Made by a program: the position numbers and the translations under genes
NCBI GenBank assembly: GCA_949295085.1
Contig: CASFJS010000005.1
Span: 69,707 to 133,706, forward strand
Source of the DNA: an uncultured Pseudomonadota bacterium
GTDB lineage: Bacteria > Pseudomonadota > Alphaproteobacteria > RF32 > CAG-239
DNA: 64,000 nucleotides
Direction of reading: 5' to 3'
Part shown: positions 54,801 through 64,000 of the stretch, one piece after another
Layout: every line of letters begins with the position of its first letter
Numbering within the stretch: position 1 is the stretch's first letter
The notes under the pieces: model-generated
The model's input: only the letters and a program-made list of their open reading frames with translations
What the model was told of the DNA's origin: nothing
Database searches by the model: none

Positions 54801-56117
54801 ATGAAATTAAAGTCAGTTATTGTCGGCTTATGGGCCGTGTTTTTGAGTTTGCCGGCGCAGGCCGAGTTGGCCATTGATGTCAGCGGCGCAATGCGTGATC
54901 CGATGCCTATTGCTTTGCCGGAAATGATACACGACGGTTTTTTTGTCGGCCAGCAGGGGGATAAAATAAGAGATGTCATTGCGGCCGATTTGGAGCGTTC
55001 CGGATTGTTTGACGTTATTGACGAGGACAGTTATATTCAGGAGTTTTCATCAATGTCGGAAGAACCAGCTTTTGTCGACTGGAAAGCTATTCGGGCGCAG
55101 GCTTTGGTACAAAGCGAGATTCAGGAAATTGATACCGACAATCTTAAGGTTTCGTTCCGGTTGTGGGATGTTTATACCGAAAATCAGATGGAAGGACAGT
55201 CCTATACGACAACAAAAGATAATTGGCGGCGTGTGGCGCATGTGATTGCGGATGCCATCTATGAGAGATTAACCGGGGAGAAAGGTTATTTTGATACGCG
55301 GATTGTCTATGTGTCGGAATCCGGCCCGGCGACCAGAAGAATCAAGCGCCTGGCCATTATGGATCAGGACGGTGAGAATCATAAGTTTTTGACGAACGGA
55401 GCCGCAATGGCTTTAACTCCCCGGTTTTCGCCGAATTTGCAAAAAATTACCTATATGTCGTATGCCGGTAATACACCGAGGGTTTATATTCTGGATATTG
55501 AGACGGGAGAACAGGTGTTGCTGGGTGATTTTCCCGGGATGACTTTCGCGCCGCAGTTTTCACCGGACAGTTCAAAAGTTTTGTTGTCTTTTGCTTCCGG
55601 CGGTAAAACCAATATTTATGAAATGGATTTGAAAACGCGTAAAAGCCGGCGTCTGACTTATACAAACGCTATCGATACCAGTCCGAGTTATTCGCCGGAC
55701 GGCAGCCAGATAGTGTTTAATTCGGACAGGGGCGGCAATCAGCAGCTGTATGTGATGAATGCCGACGGTTCTGATGTTAAGAGGATAAGTTTTGGCAACG
55801 GCCGCTACGCCACACCGGTTTGGTCGCCGCGCGGCGATTACATCGCTTTTACCAAAATGGCCAACGGTGAGTTCTATATCGGAGTTATGTATCCGGACGG
55901 TTCGGGAGAAAGGCTCTTGGCAACGGGGTATTTGGTTGAGGGGCCGACGTGGTCGCCAAACGGGCGTGTGCTGATGTATTTCAGACAGGATAGACCGCGC
56001 GGGCACTCCGCCGCACCGGTTAAGTTGTATTCTATTGACTTAACGGGGTATAACGAGCGGCAGATTATCACACCGGCCGATGCTTCCGATCCGGCGTGGT
56101 CGCCTTTATTGCCGTAG
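54801..56117 (+). CDS. tolB: Tol-Pal system beta-propeller protein TolB
   Basis: Signal peptide ([13 protein letters not shown]) and repeated PxxSPDG beta-propeller blades. Confidence 0.9.
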   Translation: MKLKSVIVGLWAVFLSLPAQAELAIDVSGAMRDPMPIALPEMIHDGFFVGQQGDKIRDVIAADLERSGLFDVIDEDSYIQEFSSMSEEPAFVDWKAIRAQALVQSEIQEIDTDNLKVSFRLWDVYTENQMEGQSYTTTKDNWRRVAHVIADAIYERLTGEKGYFDTRIVYVSESGPATRRIKRLAIMDQDGENHKFLTNGAAMALTPRFSPNLQKITYMSYAGNTPRVYILDIETGEQVLLGDFPGMTFAPQFSPDSSKVLLSFASGGKTNIYEMDLKTRKSRRLTYTNAIDTSPSYSPDGSQIVFNSDRGGNQQLYVMNADGSDVKRISFGNGRYATPVWSPRGDYIAFTKMANGEFYIGVMYPDGSGERLLATGYLVEGPTWSPNGRVLMYFRQDRPRGHSAAPVKLYSIDLTGYNERQIITPADASDPAWSPLLP

Positions 56118-56134
56118 CGGGACGCCTTTTCGCG

Positions 56135-57445
56135 TCAGGCAATTTTTTTGATAATACACCGGGATTGTACCGGTGGATTTGCCGAAACGGTTATCAGTTT
56201 TTGTAATTCGGCCGACGCCCGGCAGAATTGGTCTTCGTTTTGAGCATGAATACAGGCCAGCGGTGTTTGTTCGTCAACATAGGTACCGATTTGGCAAAAG
56301 TCGGAATAGCCGGTGGCGTAGTCTAGTTGTTGTTGCGGCGTGGTGCGGCCGCCTTTCATTTCAATAATGCTCAGCCCTATACCGCGCGTATCCATGGCGC
56401 TGACATAGCCCGGAATTTTGGCAAACACGGGACGAATAATCGCTGCTTTCGGCAGGTACTTGTCCGGTTGCTCGCAAAAATCGGTCGGGCCGCCGAGAGC
56501 GGCAACCATTGCCGCAAACTTTTCCAGAGCCAATCCCCGCTCAAGAGCGTTTTGCAGTTTTGTTTTGGCTTTGGCCGCGGAGCTTTCAATACCGGCCATT
56601 AACAGTAATTCGGTGCAGAGTTCAAGGGTTATTTTATGAAGACGGGGATCGTTGTTTTCGCCTTTCAGGTAGGCGACGGCTTCGGATACCTCCAGAGCAT
56701 TTCCGACGGTTGAGCCCAAAACCTGATTCATGTCGGTGATAACGGCTTTGGTTTTGGTACCGGCTGCGTTTGCCACCCGGACGATTGAAGCCGCAAGTTC
56801 AACGGCACGTTCGAGCGAATCCATAAAAGCCCCGTTGCCGCATTTTAAATCCATCACCAAACAATCCAGACCGGCGGCCAGTTTTTTTGATAGAATGGAT
56901 GCCGTGATTAGGTCTATTGATTCAACCGTGCCGCAAACATCACGGATGGCATAAATCTTTTTGTCTGCCGGAGCCAGACTTCCTGTTTGGCCGATGATGG
57001 CGCAACCGACTTTTTTTACCGTCCGGCGGAAAAGATCGTCTGTCGGAGCTGTTTGATAGCCCGGTATGGAATCGAATTTATCCAAGGTGCCGCCGGTGTG
57101 GCCGAGGCCGCGTCCGGATATCATCGGTACAAAAGCGCCGCAGGCCGCCACGAGGGGGGCCAGTATCAAGCTTATTTTGTCTCCGACGCCGCCGGAAGAA
57201 TGCTTGTCTACAACGGGGCCGTCAATCTCCGGCCAGGACAAAACATTGCCGGAATCGCGCATGGCCAAAGTCAGAGCTGTTGTTTCTTCTTTGGTCATAC
57301 CGTTTAAAAATACGGCCATGGTCAGAGCGGCGGTTTGGGCATCAACAACGGAGCCGTCGGTTATTCCCCGGATGAATTCATTGATTTCATCGGTTGTTAA
57401 AGTTTGACGGTCTCGTTTTTTGCGAATAATCTCCTGGGGTAGCAT
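56135..57445 (-). CDS. deoA: Thymidine (pyrimidine-nucleoside) phosphorylase
   Basis: 436 aa with the IIRKKRDRQTLTTDEI start and HSSGGVGDK motif. Confidence 0.9.
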   Translation of the reverse strand: MLPQEIIRKKRDRQTLTTDEINEFIRGITDGSVVDAQTAALTMAVFLNGMTKEETTALTLAMRDSGNVLSWPEIDGPVVDKHSSGGVGDKISLILAPLVAACGAFVPMISGRGLGHTGGTLDKFDSIPGYQTAPTDDLFRRTVKKVGCAIIGQTGSLAPADKKIYAIRDVCGTVESIDLITASILSKKLAAGLDCLVMDLKCGNGAFMDSLERAVELAASIVRVANAAGTKTKAVITDMNQVLGSTVGNALEVSEAVAYLKGENNDPRLHKITLELCTELLLMAGIESSAAKAKTKLQNALERGLALEKFAAMVAALGGPTDFCEQPDKYLPKAAIIRPVFAKIPGYVSAMDTRGIGLSIIEMKGGRTTPQQQLDYATGYSDFCQIGTYVDEQTPLACIHAQNEDQFCRASAELQKLITVSANPPVQSRCIIKKIA

Positions 57446-57448
57446 GGT

Positions 57449-58180
57449 TTAATATCCTCGATTGATAGTATTAAGAAGATCGCTCAGCAGCGAGCTGGCG
57501 CCGATACGAAAATGCTCCGGCCGCGGCCATGACGGTCCCATGATTGATTGGGAAAGTGTCAGATATTTTTTGGCCTCATCAAATTTTTTGATGCCGCCCG
57601 AGGCTTTAAAGCCGATATTTTTGCCGCTTTGCCGGATTGTTTCAAGAATAAGATTTGCGCTTTCGGGTGTCGCAGAAACAGGTGTTTTGCCGGTAGAGGT
57701 CTTGATAAAATCAGCTTGTGCGTCAATGCAGAGAGCCGCCGCTTTTTTGATGTTGTCAACGGTTTTGAGTTCACCCGTCTCAATGATGATTTTTAAAACT
57801 TTTTTATTGCAGGCTTCTCTGATGTGGCTCAGATATCTGGCACAAAAAGAGTCGTCTTTGGACAAAAACGCGCGGTAGGGCAGGACGACATCCAGTTCAT
57901 CGGCGCCGAGTTTTACGGCAGATTCAATTTCTTTGAGAGCCAGTCCGATATCGGCTAAGCCGGCCGGAAAATTAATAACGGTCGCAATCTTGACAGCGGT
58001 TGGTAACAAGGTCTTTGCCAAAGGAATAAAACGCGGAAAAATGCATACGGCGGCGACATGATTAAAAGGGGTTACGGCTTTGCCGCAGAGCTCGCGGATG
58101 TCTTCGTCCGTATCGTTTGGGTTAAGAGAAGTTAAATCAAGAGAATTTATCAGAGCCAGGGCGGCGGAAACATCATCCAT
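57449..58180 (-). CDS. deoC: Deoxyribose-phosphate aldolase
   Basis: 243 aa with a DLTSL start region and FIKTSTGK (Schiff-base Lys context). Confidence 0.85.
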   Translation of the reverse strand: MDDVSAALALINSLDLTSLNPNDTDEDIRELCGKAVTPFNHVAAVCIFPRFIPLAKTLLPTAVKIATVINFPAGLADIGLALKEIESAVKLGADELDVVLPYRAFLSKDDSFCARYLSHIREACNKKVLKIIIETGELKTVDNIKKAAALCIDAQADFIKTSTGKTPVSATPESANLILETIRQSGKNIGFKASGGIKKFDEAKKYLTLSQSIMGPSWPRPEHFRIGASSLLSDLLNTINRGY

Positions 58181-58185
58181 GAGTT

Positions 58186-59001
58186 TTAAAGCCTTTCAAA
58201 AATATGTGACAGGAGTTGTGTCAGATTTGCGGCGGCGGCTTCGGCAGCCGTTAAGGTTTCGGTATGAGACTGTGCCTGTTGTTGCAGACCGGTGCCCAAA
58301 TTGGTAATAACCGAAAAACCGAGGACGGCCAAGCCGGCGTGGTTTGCGGCAATGACCTCCGGTACGGTTGACATGCCGACGGCATCGGCACCCAAAATAC
58401 CAAAAGCCTTAACTTCGGCCGCGGTTTCAAAATTGGGACCGGAGACCATCAGATAAACGCCCTGATCCAGGGGAATGTTTTTTTCGGCGGCCGTTTGCAA
58501 GGCCAAATTGCGCAACCTGCGGTCGTAGGCATTGCTCATATCCGGAAAACGCGGGCCGAGCTCGTCATTGTTGGGGCCTATCAGCGGGTTGGCAAAACTG
58601 AGGTTAATATGATCGTTGATCAACATAACCGTACCGGGTTTCAGGCTCGGGCGCAGAGATCCGGCGGCGTTGGTGACGATAAGTTTTGATATGCCGAGGC
58701 GTTTGAAAGAGTGAATGATATCGCGGATAATTTGAGGGGGCCAGCCTTCATATAAATGAAAGCGCCCCTGCATACATAAAACTTTTTTGCCGCAAAAAAA
58801 GCCCGCGGCAAATTGTCCCGTATGGCCGCTGACGGTACTTTGCGGAAAATCGGGGATGTCGGCGTATTTAATGATGACGGGATCTTGTAATTGTTCGGCA
58901 ATACGGCCGAGGCCGGAGCCTAAAATTAAGGCAATATCCGGGTGAAATCCGCCAAGCCGCCGAGTGAGTTGATCTGCAAAAAACAGGCTTAAATCCGTCA
59001 T
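58186..59001 (-). CDS. punA: Purine nucleoside phosphorylase (trimeric PNP family)
   Basis: 271 aa with LGSGLG, GRFHLYEG, GPNFET and VGMSTVPE motifs. Confidence 0.85.
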   Translation of the reverse strand: MTDLSLFFADQLTRRLGGFHPDIALILGSGLGRIAEQLQDPVIIKYADIPDFPQSTVSGHTGQFAAGFFCGKKVLCMQGRFHLYEGWPPQIIRDIIHSFKRLGISKLIVTNAAGSLRPSLKPGTVMLINDHINLSFANPLIGPNNDELGPRFPDMSNAYDRRLRNLALQTAAEKNIPLDQGVYLMVSGPNFETAAEVKAFGILGADAVGMSTVPEVIAANHAGLAVLGFSVITNLGTGLQQQAQSHTETLTAAEAAAANLTQLLSHIFERL

Positions 59002-59003
59002 GA

Positions 59004-59399
59004 TTAAAACTCCGCAAAACTGTGGGGCAAAAGCTCATTAATGGTTAATGTTTTCCGGATACCGGTAACATCGGCCAGGTGAATAAGTGTTTTTTTTGTT
59101 GCAAATTCGGCGATACGTTGCCGACACGCCCCGCAAGGCGAAATCAGGGTTTTGCCTTCGGCATAGACGAGTATTTCGGCAATGCCGGTGTCACCGCCGC
59201 AGACCATGGCGGCGAGGGCATTTTCCTCAGCGCAGGAGCCGACGGGAAAAGAGATGTTTTCGACATTGCAACCGCTGTAAAAATTGCCTGCAGAACTCAA
59301 GACGGCGGCACCCACACGGAATTTTGAATAAGGGGCATAGGCGCGGGTGGCCGCAGCGCGCGCCAAATCTAAAAGTCGGGCTTGATTATTCATGTCCAT
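59004..59399 (-). CDS. cdd: Cytidine deaminase
   Basis: 131 aa with zinc motifs CAEENAL and PCGACRQ. Confidence 0.9.
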   Translation of the reverse strand: MDMNNQARLLDLARAAATRAYAPYSKFRVGAAVLSSAGNFYSGCNVENISFPVGSCAEENALAAMVCGGDTGIAEILVYAEGKTLISPCGACRQRIAEFATKKTLIHLADVTGIRKTLTINELLPHSFAEF

Positions 59400-59519
59400 A
59401 ACCTTTACAAATTAAATGTTTTTTTAATTTTCTGCTTTATAATAGCGGCAGAGTTGGAATATTGCAAAGATTATTTGTCGGTATTGCAACAAAAGAAAGT
59501 TTTTAAAACGGAGCACAAT

Positions 59520-62500
59520 ATGAAAAAAGTTGTTTTGGGCATTTTGGTGCTGGTGTTGCTGGCTGTCGGTGCGGCGGCCGTTTATATAACAACGATTGAC
59601 TGGAATCAGCATAAAGACAAAATTGCCGAACAATTTTATCAGCTTACCGGAAAAACGGTTCGGTTTGACGGACGGTTAAGTTTCAAAATATTTCCGTCGC
59701 CGTACCTGAATGCCGCCGATGCTAAAATTTATAATGATAAGGACAGCGGCGGCGAACCGTTGATGGAAATTAAAAATGCCGTGGCCGAATTGGCTTTGAT
59801 GCCGTTGCTGAGCGGCGAATTTCATGTTAAAAAAATGCTTTTGGACGGCGTCAGTATCAATATTGACTGGGATAAAGGCGGTTTGAGCTGGCAAAACGAT
59901 TTGAGCCCGGATCAACGGCAGATGATGGAAGATACGACAATGGTTTTAAACAGCGTGTCTTTGAAAAATGCCGTGGTTAATTTTAAGGCTCCGGAATCGG
60001 GGATAGATTTGCAATTGACGGATTTAAGCGGCGAGGTTATGGCTCAGAGTATTTTCGGGCCGTTCCGGATAGAGGGGAATTACATCAAAGGATCGACACC
60101 GGAAGGGTTTGCCGTATCCATCGGTAAATTATCGGACAGTTTTGCAACAACTTTGAATATGGTTGTTACACATCCGCAATCGGAAAGCTATGTCCGGTTT
60201 GACGGAAGTTTTAATTTGAACAATCGAGCTCTCAACGGAAATGTTATTGTTGATTCGCAACATCTCAGCGATTTTATTAATGCTAATTTTGTTGAGGCAA
60301 AAATGCCTGCGGAATATAATCAACCGATTGCCACGGGGTTTGATATCGCCTTGACGACGCAAAACCTCGAGCTGTCGAATATTGTTGTTAAATACGGTAA
60401 TACGCAAGGTGCCGGCGTGTTGAAAATGCCCTTAGAGTATGTGGGCAAGCCGGAAATTAAAACAAGCTTTGATTTTTCCGATTTGGAGCTTGATCCGATT
60501 GTCAAGTTTATGCTTGAAAAAATCGATTATTATAAGGAAGAAAACTATGAACCGGATTTTCCGTTTGATTTGGATGCCGAAATCAGAGCCGTGCGCGCTT
60601 TGTATCAAGGTCAGGGCGTTAAGGATTTGGAAATAGCGGTTACGGCGAAAGATGATACGATAGAGGTGGCTAAACTGGCCATGGTTTTGCCGGGGAATAC
60701 AATATTTAACATCCAGGGGAGTGTTTATCCGTATCAGGATGAAATTTATTTTCAGGCAGACACCAATATTTCGACCAATGATTTGATGCAGGCTTTGCAA
60801 TGGTTTAAAATTGAGCCTAAAGCCAATGCCGTTTCGGTTTATAAAAAAATGTTGGCAACGGCAAAGTTGTCCGGTAATTACGGCCGGATACAAATATCGC
60901 CTTATAAGGTTACTCTGGACAAAAGCACGGTAACGGGTGAGGCCGGAATTGTTCTCGGCGACAGAAATGATTTTATGCTGGTGGTTAACGCCGATACGAT
61001 TAATTTTGATAACTATATCGGCTCATTGCCGGAAGAAGAAAAACGCAAAAGCTGGGCCGAAAGAATAGCTTACCGGTTTAGCCGTTTGGGAGTACTTAAT
61101 AATTTTGATTTGGTTTTGAACGCCAAGGCCGATATGGTGATTTATGAAAGTATGCCGTTTGAAAAAGTTGACTTTAAAGGGAATATCCTTAACGGCGAAA
61201 TGGAAATAGAATACGGTAAAGTGGATCAGGTTGCCAATACATCCATTGATGTCAAGGGAAAGCTCGGCGGTTTTGGGGCGTCACCGCAAATGACGGATTT
61301 TCAATATGTGGTTAAAAGCAATGATATCGCTTCGCTTATTAATAAGTTGGAGCTTAAGGTTCCGGATTTGGATTATAAAAAGTTTAATCTCTTTGAGATG
61401 AGCGGGGCCATCAACGGCGGAATTGATAATTTCGGCATTAATACCAGTATGTCTTTGGGACAATTGAGCGGGACTTATCAGGGAACCGTGGTGCAGACGG
61501 GGACAACGGCGACATATAACGGTGATTTGACGTTAAAACATCCGGATTTTGCGACCTTGTTGAGTGATTTGAGGGTTAAATACGAACCATCGGTCAAAAG
61601 TTTGGGCTTATTGAATATGAAGATGCATCTCGAAGGGGAAAAGGAAAACATGAAGTTTTCCGGCGTGGAAGCCAATATCGGGTATACGACTGTCAGCGGT
61701 TCGGGATATTATGAAGAACATGAAAAAAGACCGAATATTATCGGTGATTTTAGTATCAACAAGCTCGAAACGGAGAAATTTTTGCCCAAAAGTCAGGCTT
61801 CCGGTTTGATTTCCGGGCAGCAGGCTCCGGCAATTGCCGCCTTTTTGACCAAGCCGTTTTGGGGGCGGGAAAAAATAGATTACAGTCCCTATATTTATTT
61901 TGATTTTAAGGGAAATTTAAAAGTCGGGGAATTGTCTTATAAATCACATGTTGTTAAGGATGCTCAGTTCGGGCTGGATTTGGTTGACGGAACAGTCAGT
62001 GTGCGTGATTTTAAGGGACTTTATAACAATACGCCGTTTATGGCCTCGATGTCTTTGTATATGAGAGAGGCGCCGAGTATTGTTGCCGAGGTTAAGATAG
62101 ATGATGCCAACGTCAATGACTTTGTTTTGGGCGGTAAGACTTATAATCTGCGCGGAGGGAAGTTTTCAACCAGATTTGATATATCCTCAAAAGCCGACAG
62201 TGAGGACGCTTTTATCAGCAATTTGAAAGGCAAGGGAGAGTTTACGGCGACAGCAGCCACGGCTAACGGGGTTGATTTGACGGCAATATATAATGATTTG
62301 ATTAAAAGAGAAGTCCCCGAAGGGCTGGTTGAGCAGGTTAAGGCCAATATCGGCAAGGGGCAGACATTGTTTGACAATATCAGCGGCAGAATAATTATCG
62401 AGAACGGCGAATTTAGTCTGGCCGACACGGTGATACAGGGCGCTAATGCCGATATTAAAATTTACGGCGACGGTAATTTTAGCGATTGGACGATGAATAC

Positions 62501-63629
62501 GGTATTTAATGTTCGTTATCAAGAGCCGAAATATTTGCCGGAATTTTCGTTTTCTCTCAAAAACGGTATGGATAATCCGCTGGTTGATGTTAATGTCAGT
62601 TCATTGTTTAAGTTGTATCAGAATCGCGAAGAACAAAGAGAAGCTGCCGCTGCGGCCGAGGCCGAGGCCGAAAGAAATTACTGGCTCGGTTTGGTGGACG
62701 GACAACGCAAAACGGCGAATGATCTGGTCTTGAGTACCCGAGAAAAACTGGAAAAAGATATTGATATGAAAATGGACGGTGCTTTTGATGCCGACAGTAT
62801 TAATCAATATAATCAGCTAAAACAGGAGATTGCCCAGATTTTGGCAAAGCTGGTGGAAACGATTGATACCGCGGCAGCCGAGGAGCCCGGTAACGAAGCT
62901 ATTGAGAAGATGAAACAGGCTAATCAGCAAGCTTTGAAGGAAATAGAACCTTTTGCCGGCAGGGTGAACGATATTTATTTGGCGGATTTGAAAAAAGCCG
63001 GGCAGGATGCTTATAATAAAGTCAATGAATTGCATAACCAGATTAAGCAAGATATTTTTAGTTATCATAAAGAACAGGAAAAATATCGTGAGCGGTTGGG
63101 GGCTATTGTTACGGACTATACGCCGGATGCGGATGAAAGATTTCAGGAGCTGAAGAAAAAGGTTGATGATGAAATTGCGGCCGCAGATGCTTTTGACGGA
63201 GAGATCAAGCAGGCTCATTTGAGTAATCAAAGCAATATGTCGGCGGCAGAAAACGAAACTTATAACCAAAATATGAAAAACGCTTTTGACCGGCTTGAAA
63301 AGATTAAACAAAGCTTGTCGGAAAACGTGGCGGTGCTGGATAAGTATGCCGCGGAGGTTGTTCAACGGGCCGAAGACGCGTATCAAAAGAAATTGGAAGA
63401 AGAAGAAAACCAGCGCCGGCTCGAGGAAAATACGGGAAGTATCAGTATTAAGAAAACCGGACAAACCTTTACCGTTACCAGAGATATTGAGGAAATCAAA
63501 ACCGCCGAGGAAGAAATCAGCAATGAGGGGGTGCGTGTTTTGGATTTTTCAAAAGAAAAAGTCAGGCAGCCGACATCCTCGCCGGCAAGCAATGAGAATG
63601 TTGTAAAAAAAGGGCGGAACAACAGGTAA
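59520..63629 (+). CDS. AsmA-family outer-membrane biogenesis protein with long C-terminal coiled-coil extension
   Basis: 1369 aa from the ATG at 59520 (GGAG RBS). It has an N-terminal TM helix and an AsmA-like start (DWNQHKDKIAEQFYQLTGKTVRFDG). An AsmA C-terminal-like segment lies near residue 960 (GQTLFDNISGRIIIENGEFSLAD). The last ~330 aa are E/K/Q/A-rich. Confidence 0.65.
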   Translation: MKKVVLGILVLVLLAVGAAAVYITTIDWNQHKDKIAEQFYQLTGKTVRFDGRLSFKIFPSPYLNAADAKIYNDKDSGGEPLMEIKNAVAELALMPLLSGEFHVKKMLLDGVSINIDWDKGGLSWQNDLSPDQRQMMEDTTMVLNSVSLKNAVVNFKAPESGIDLQLTDLSGEVMAQSIFGPFRIEGNYIKGSTPEGFAVSIGKLSDSFATTLNMVVTHPQSESYVRFDGSFNLNNRALNGNVIVDSQHLSDFINANFVEAKMPAEYNQPIATGFDIALTTQNLELSNIVVKYGNTQGAGVLKMPLEYVGKPEIKTSFDFSDLELDPIVKFMLEKIDYYKEENYEPDFPFDLDAEIRAVRALYQGQGVKDLEIAVTAKDDTIEVAKLAMVLPGNTIFNIQGSVYPYQDEIYFQADTNISTNDLMQALQWFKIEPKANAVSVYKKMLATAKLSGNYGRIQISPYKVTLDKSTVTGEAGIVLGDRNDFMLVVNADTINFDNYIGSLPEEEKRKSWAERIAYRFSRLGVLNNFDLVLNAKADMVIYESMPFEKVDFKGNILNGEMEIEYGKVDQVANTSIDVKGKLGGFGASPQMTDFQYVVKSNDIASLINKLELKVPDLDYKKFNLFEMSGAINGGIDNFGINTSMSLGQLSGTYQGTVVQTGTTATYNGDLTLKHPDFATLLSDLRVKYEPSVKSLGLLNMKMHLEGEKENMKFSGVEANIGYTTVSGSGYYEEHEKRPNIIGDFSINKLETEKFLPKSQASGLISGQQAPAIAAFLTKPFWGREKIDYSPYIYFDFKGNLKVGELSYKSHVVKDAQFGLDLVDGTVSVRDFKGLYNNTPFMASMSLYMREAPSIVAEVKIDDANVNDFVLGGKTYNLRGGKFSTRFDISSKADSEDAFISNLKGKGEFTATAATANGVDLTAIYNDLIKREVPEGLVEQVKANIGKGQTLFDNISGRIIIENGEFSLADTVIQGANADIKIYGDGNFSDWTMNTVFNVRYQEPKYLPEFSFSLKNGMDNPLVDVNVSSLFKLYQNREEQREAAAAAEAEAERNYWLGLVDGQRKTANDLVLSTREKLEKDIDMKMDGAFDADSINQYNQLKQEIAQILAKLVETIDTAAAEEPGNEAIEKMKQANQQALKEIEPFAGRVNDIYLADLKKAGQDAYNKVNELHNQIKQDIFSYHKEQEKYRERLGAIVTDYTPDADERFQELKKKVDDEIAAADAFDGEIKQAHLSNQSNMSAAENETYNQNMKNAFDRLEKIKQSLSENVAVLDKYAAEVVQRAEDAYQKKLEEEENQRRLEENTGSISIKKTGQTFTVTRDIEEIKTAEEEISNEGVRVLDFSKEKVRQPTSSPASNENVVKKGRNNR

Positions 63630-63718
63630 AATAGCTTGAGGAATCGTTTTTTTGTGCTATATATGAGATATAGCATGTTTGACGATATATTTTTTAATAC
63701 GATAAGGATATTTACCAA

Positions 63719-64000
63719 ATGAAAAAACCTGAAGTTTGTATTTTGCCGGTGGCCGGTTTGTCGACCAGAAACCTGCCGGCAACCAAAGTTTTGCACAAAG
63801 GATTTCTGACGCTGCATAATAAACCGATTATTCAATATGCCGTTGATGCCTGTGCCGAAATCGGCATTAAAGAGGTGGTGTTTATATACAGCGATCAGTC
63901 GTGCAAACATTTGTTTGAGAAATATTTTGCGCCGTATCCGTGGTTGGAAAATCATCTGCGGGAGAAAAACAAATTGGAAATACTTGAGGATTTGCTTAAG
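63719..64000 (+). CDS. galU: UTP--glucose-1-phosphate uridylyltransferase, N-terminal part (runs off the window end)
   Basis: MKKPEVCILPVAGLSTRNLPATKVLHKGFL matches the GalU P-loop-like motif (PVAGLGTRFLPATK) with some divergence. Confidence 0.7.
   Translation, partial: MKKPEVCILPVAGLSTRNLPATKVLHKGFLTLHNKPIIQYAVDACAEIGIKEVVFIYSDQSCKHLFEKYFAPYPWLENHLREKNKLEILEDLLK

Noticed and set aside
62817-63464. 215-aa minus-strand ORF opposite the AsmA tail
   Set aside because: The low-complexity Leu/Phe/Ile translation is produced by the antisense of E/K/Q codons.

Overview
The window has two parts. (1) Positions 1 to about 25.74 kb are the right-hand part of an integrated temperate, podovirus-like prophage. 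The minus strand carries virion, packaging and replication genes. A lambda-like CI/Cro immunity switch sits at 15.8-16.9 kb. The plus strand carries early, recombination and accessory genes, and a large serine recombinase is the last gene. The prophage ends beside a tRNA-Gln-like gene whose T-arm is collapsed. (2) About 38 kb of host chromosome follows. Its gene content looks alphaproteobacterial: AddAB, GapR/DUF2312, TolB, GrpE and RNase PH/RdgB. It contains a visibly AT-rich Type III restriction-modification island, an Mla/MCE-type ABC transporter, split ChrA, thioredoxin, a nucleoside-catabolism cluster (deoB; cdd-PNP-deoC-deoA), DjlA, AmpD, a long GlgA-like glycosyltransferase, a giant AsmA-family protein and the start of galU. 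Every family call rests on motifs read by eye from the ORF translations and on gene order. No database search, folding or statistics were run. The most interesting signals are all in the prophage:
- a 52-bp perfect inverted repeat that duplicates one promoter-operator unit on both sides of the repressor cassette;
- an uncharacterised membrane-anchored gene co-transcribed with the repressor;
- an antisense-embedded ORF pair at the cII position;
- a 10-bp-phased iteron array inside the replication gene;
- a late promoter followed by a terminator (antitermination-type layout);
- three G8-G9 tracts, one just upstream of the catalytic motif of the phage adenine methyltransferase;
- a prophage copy of the host nucleoid protein GapR;
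- the odd tRNA-like junction.
I found no CRISPR array, rRNA or intact tRNA.
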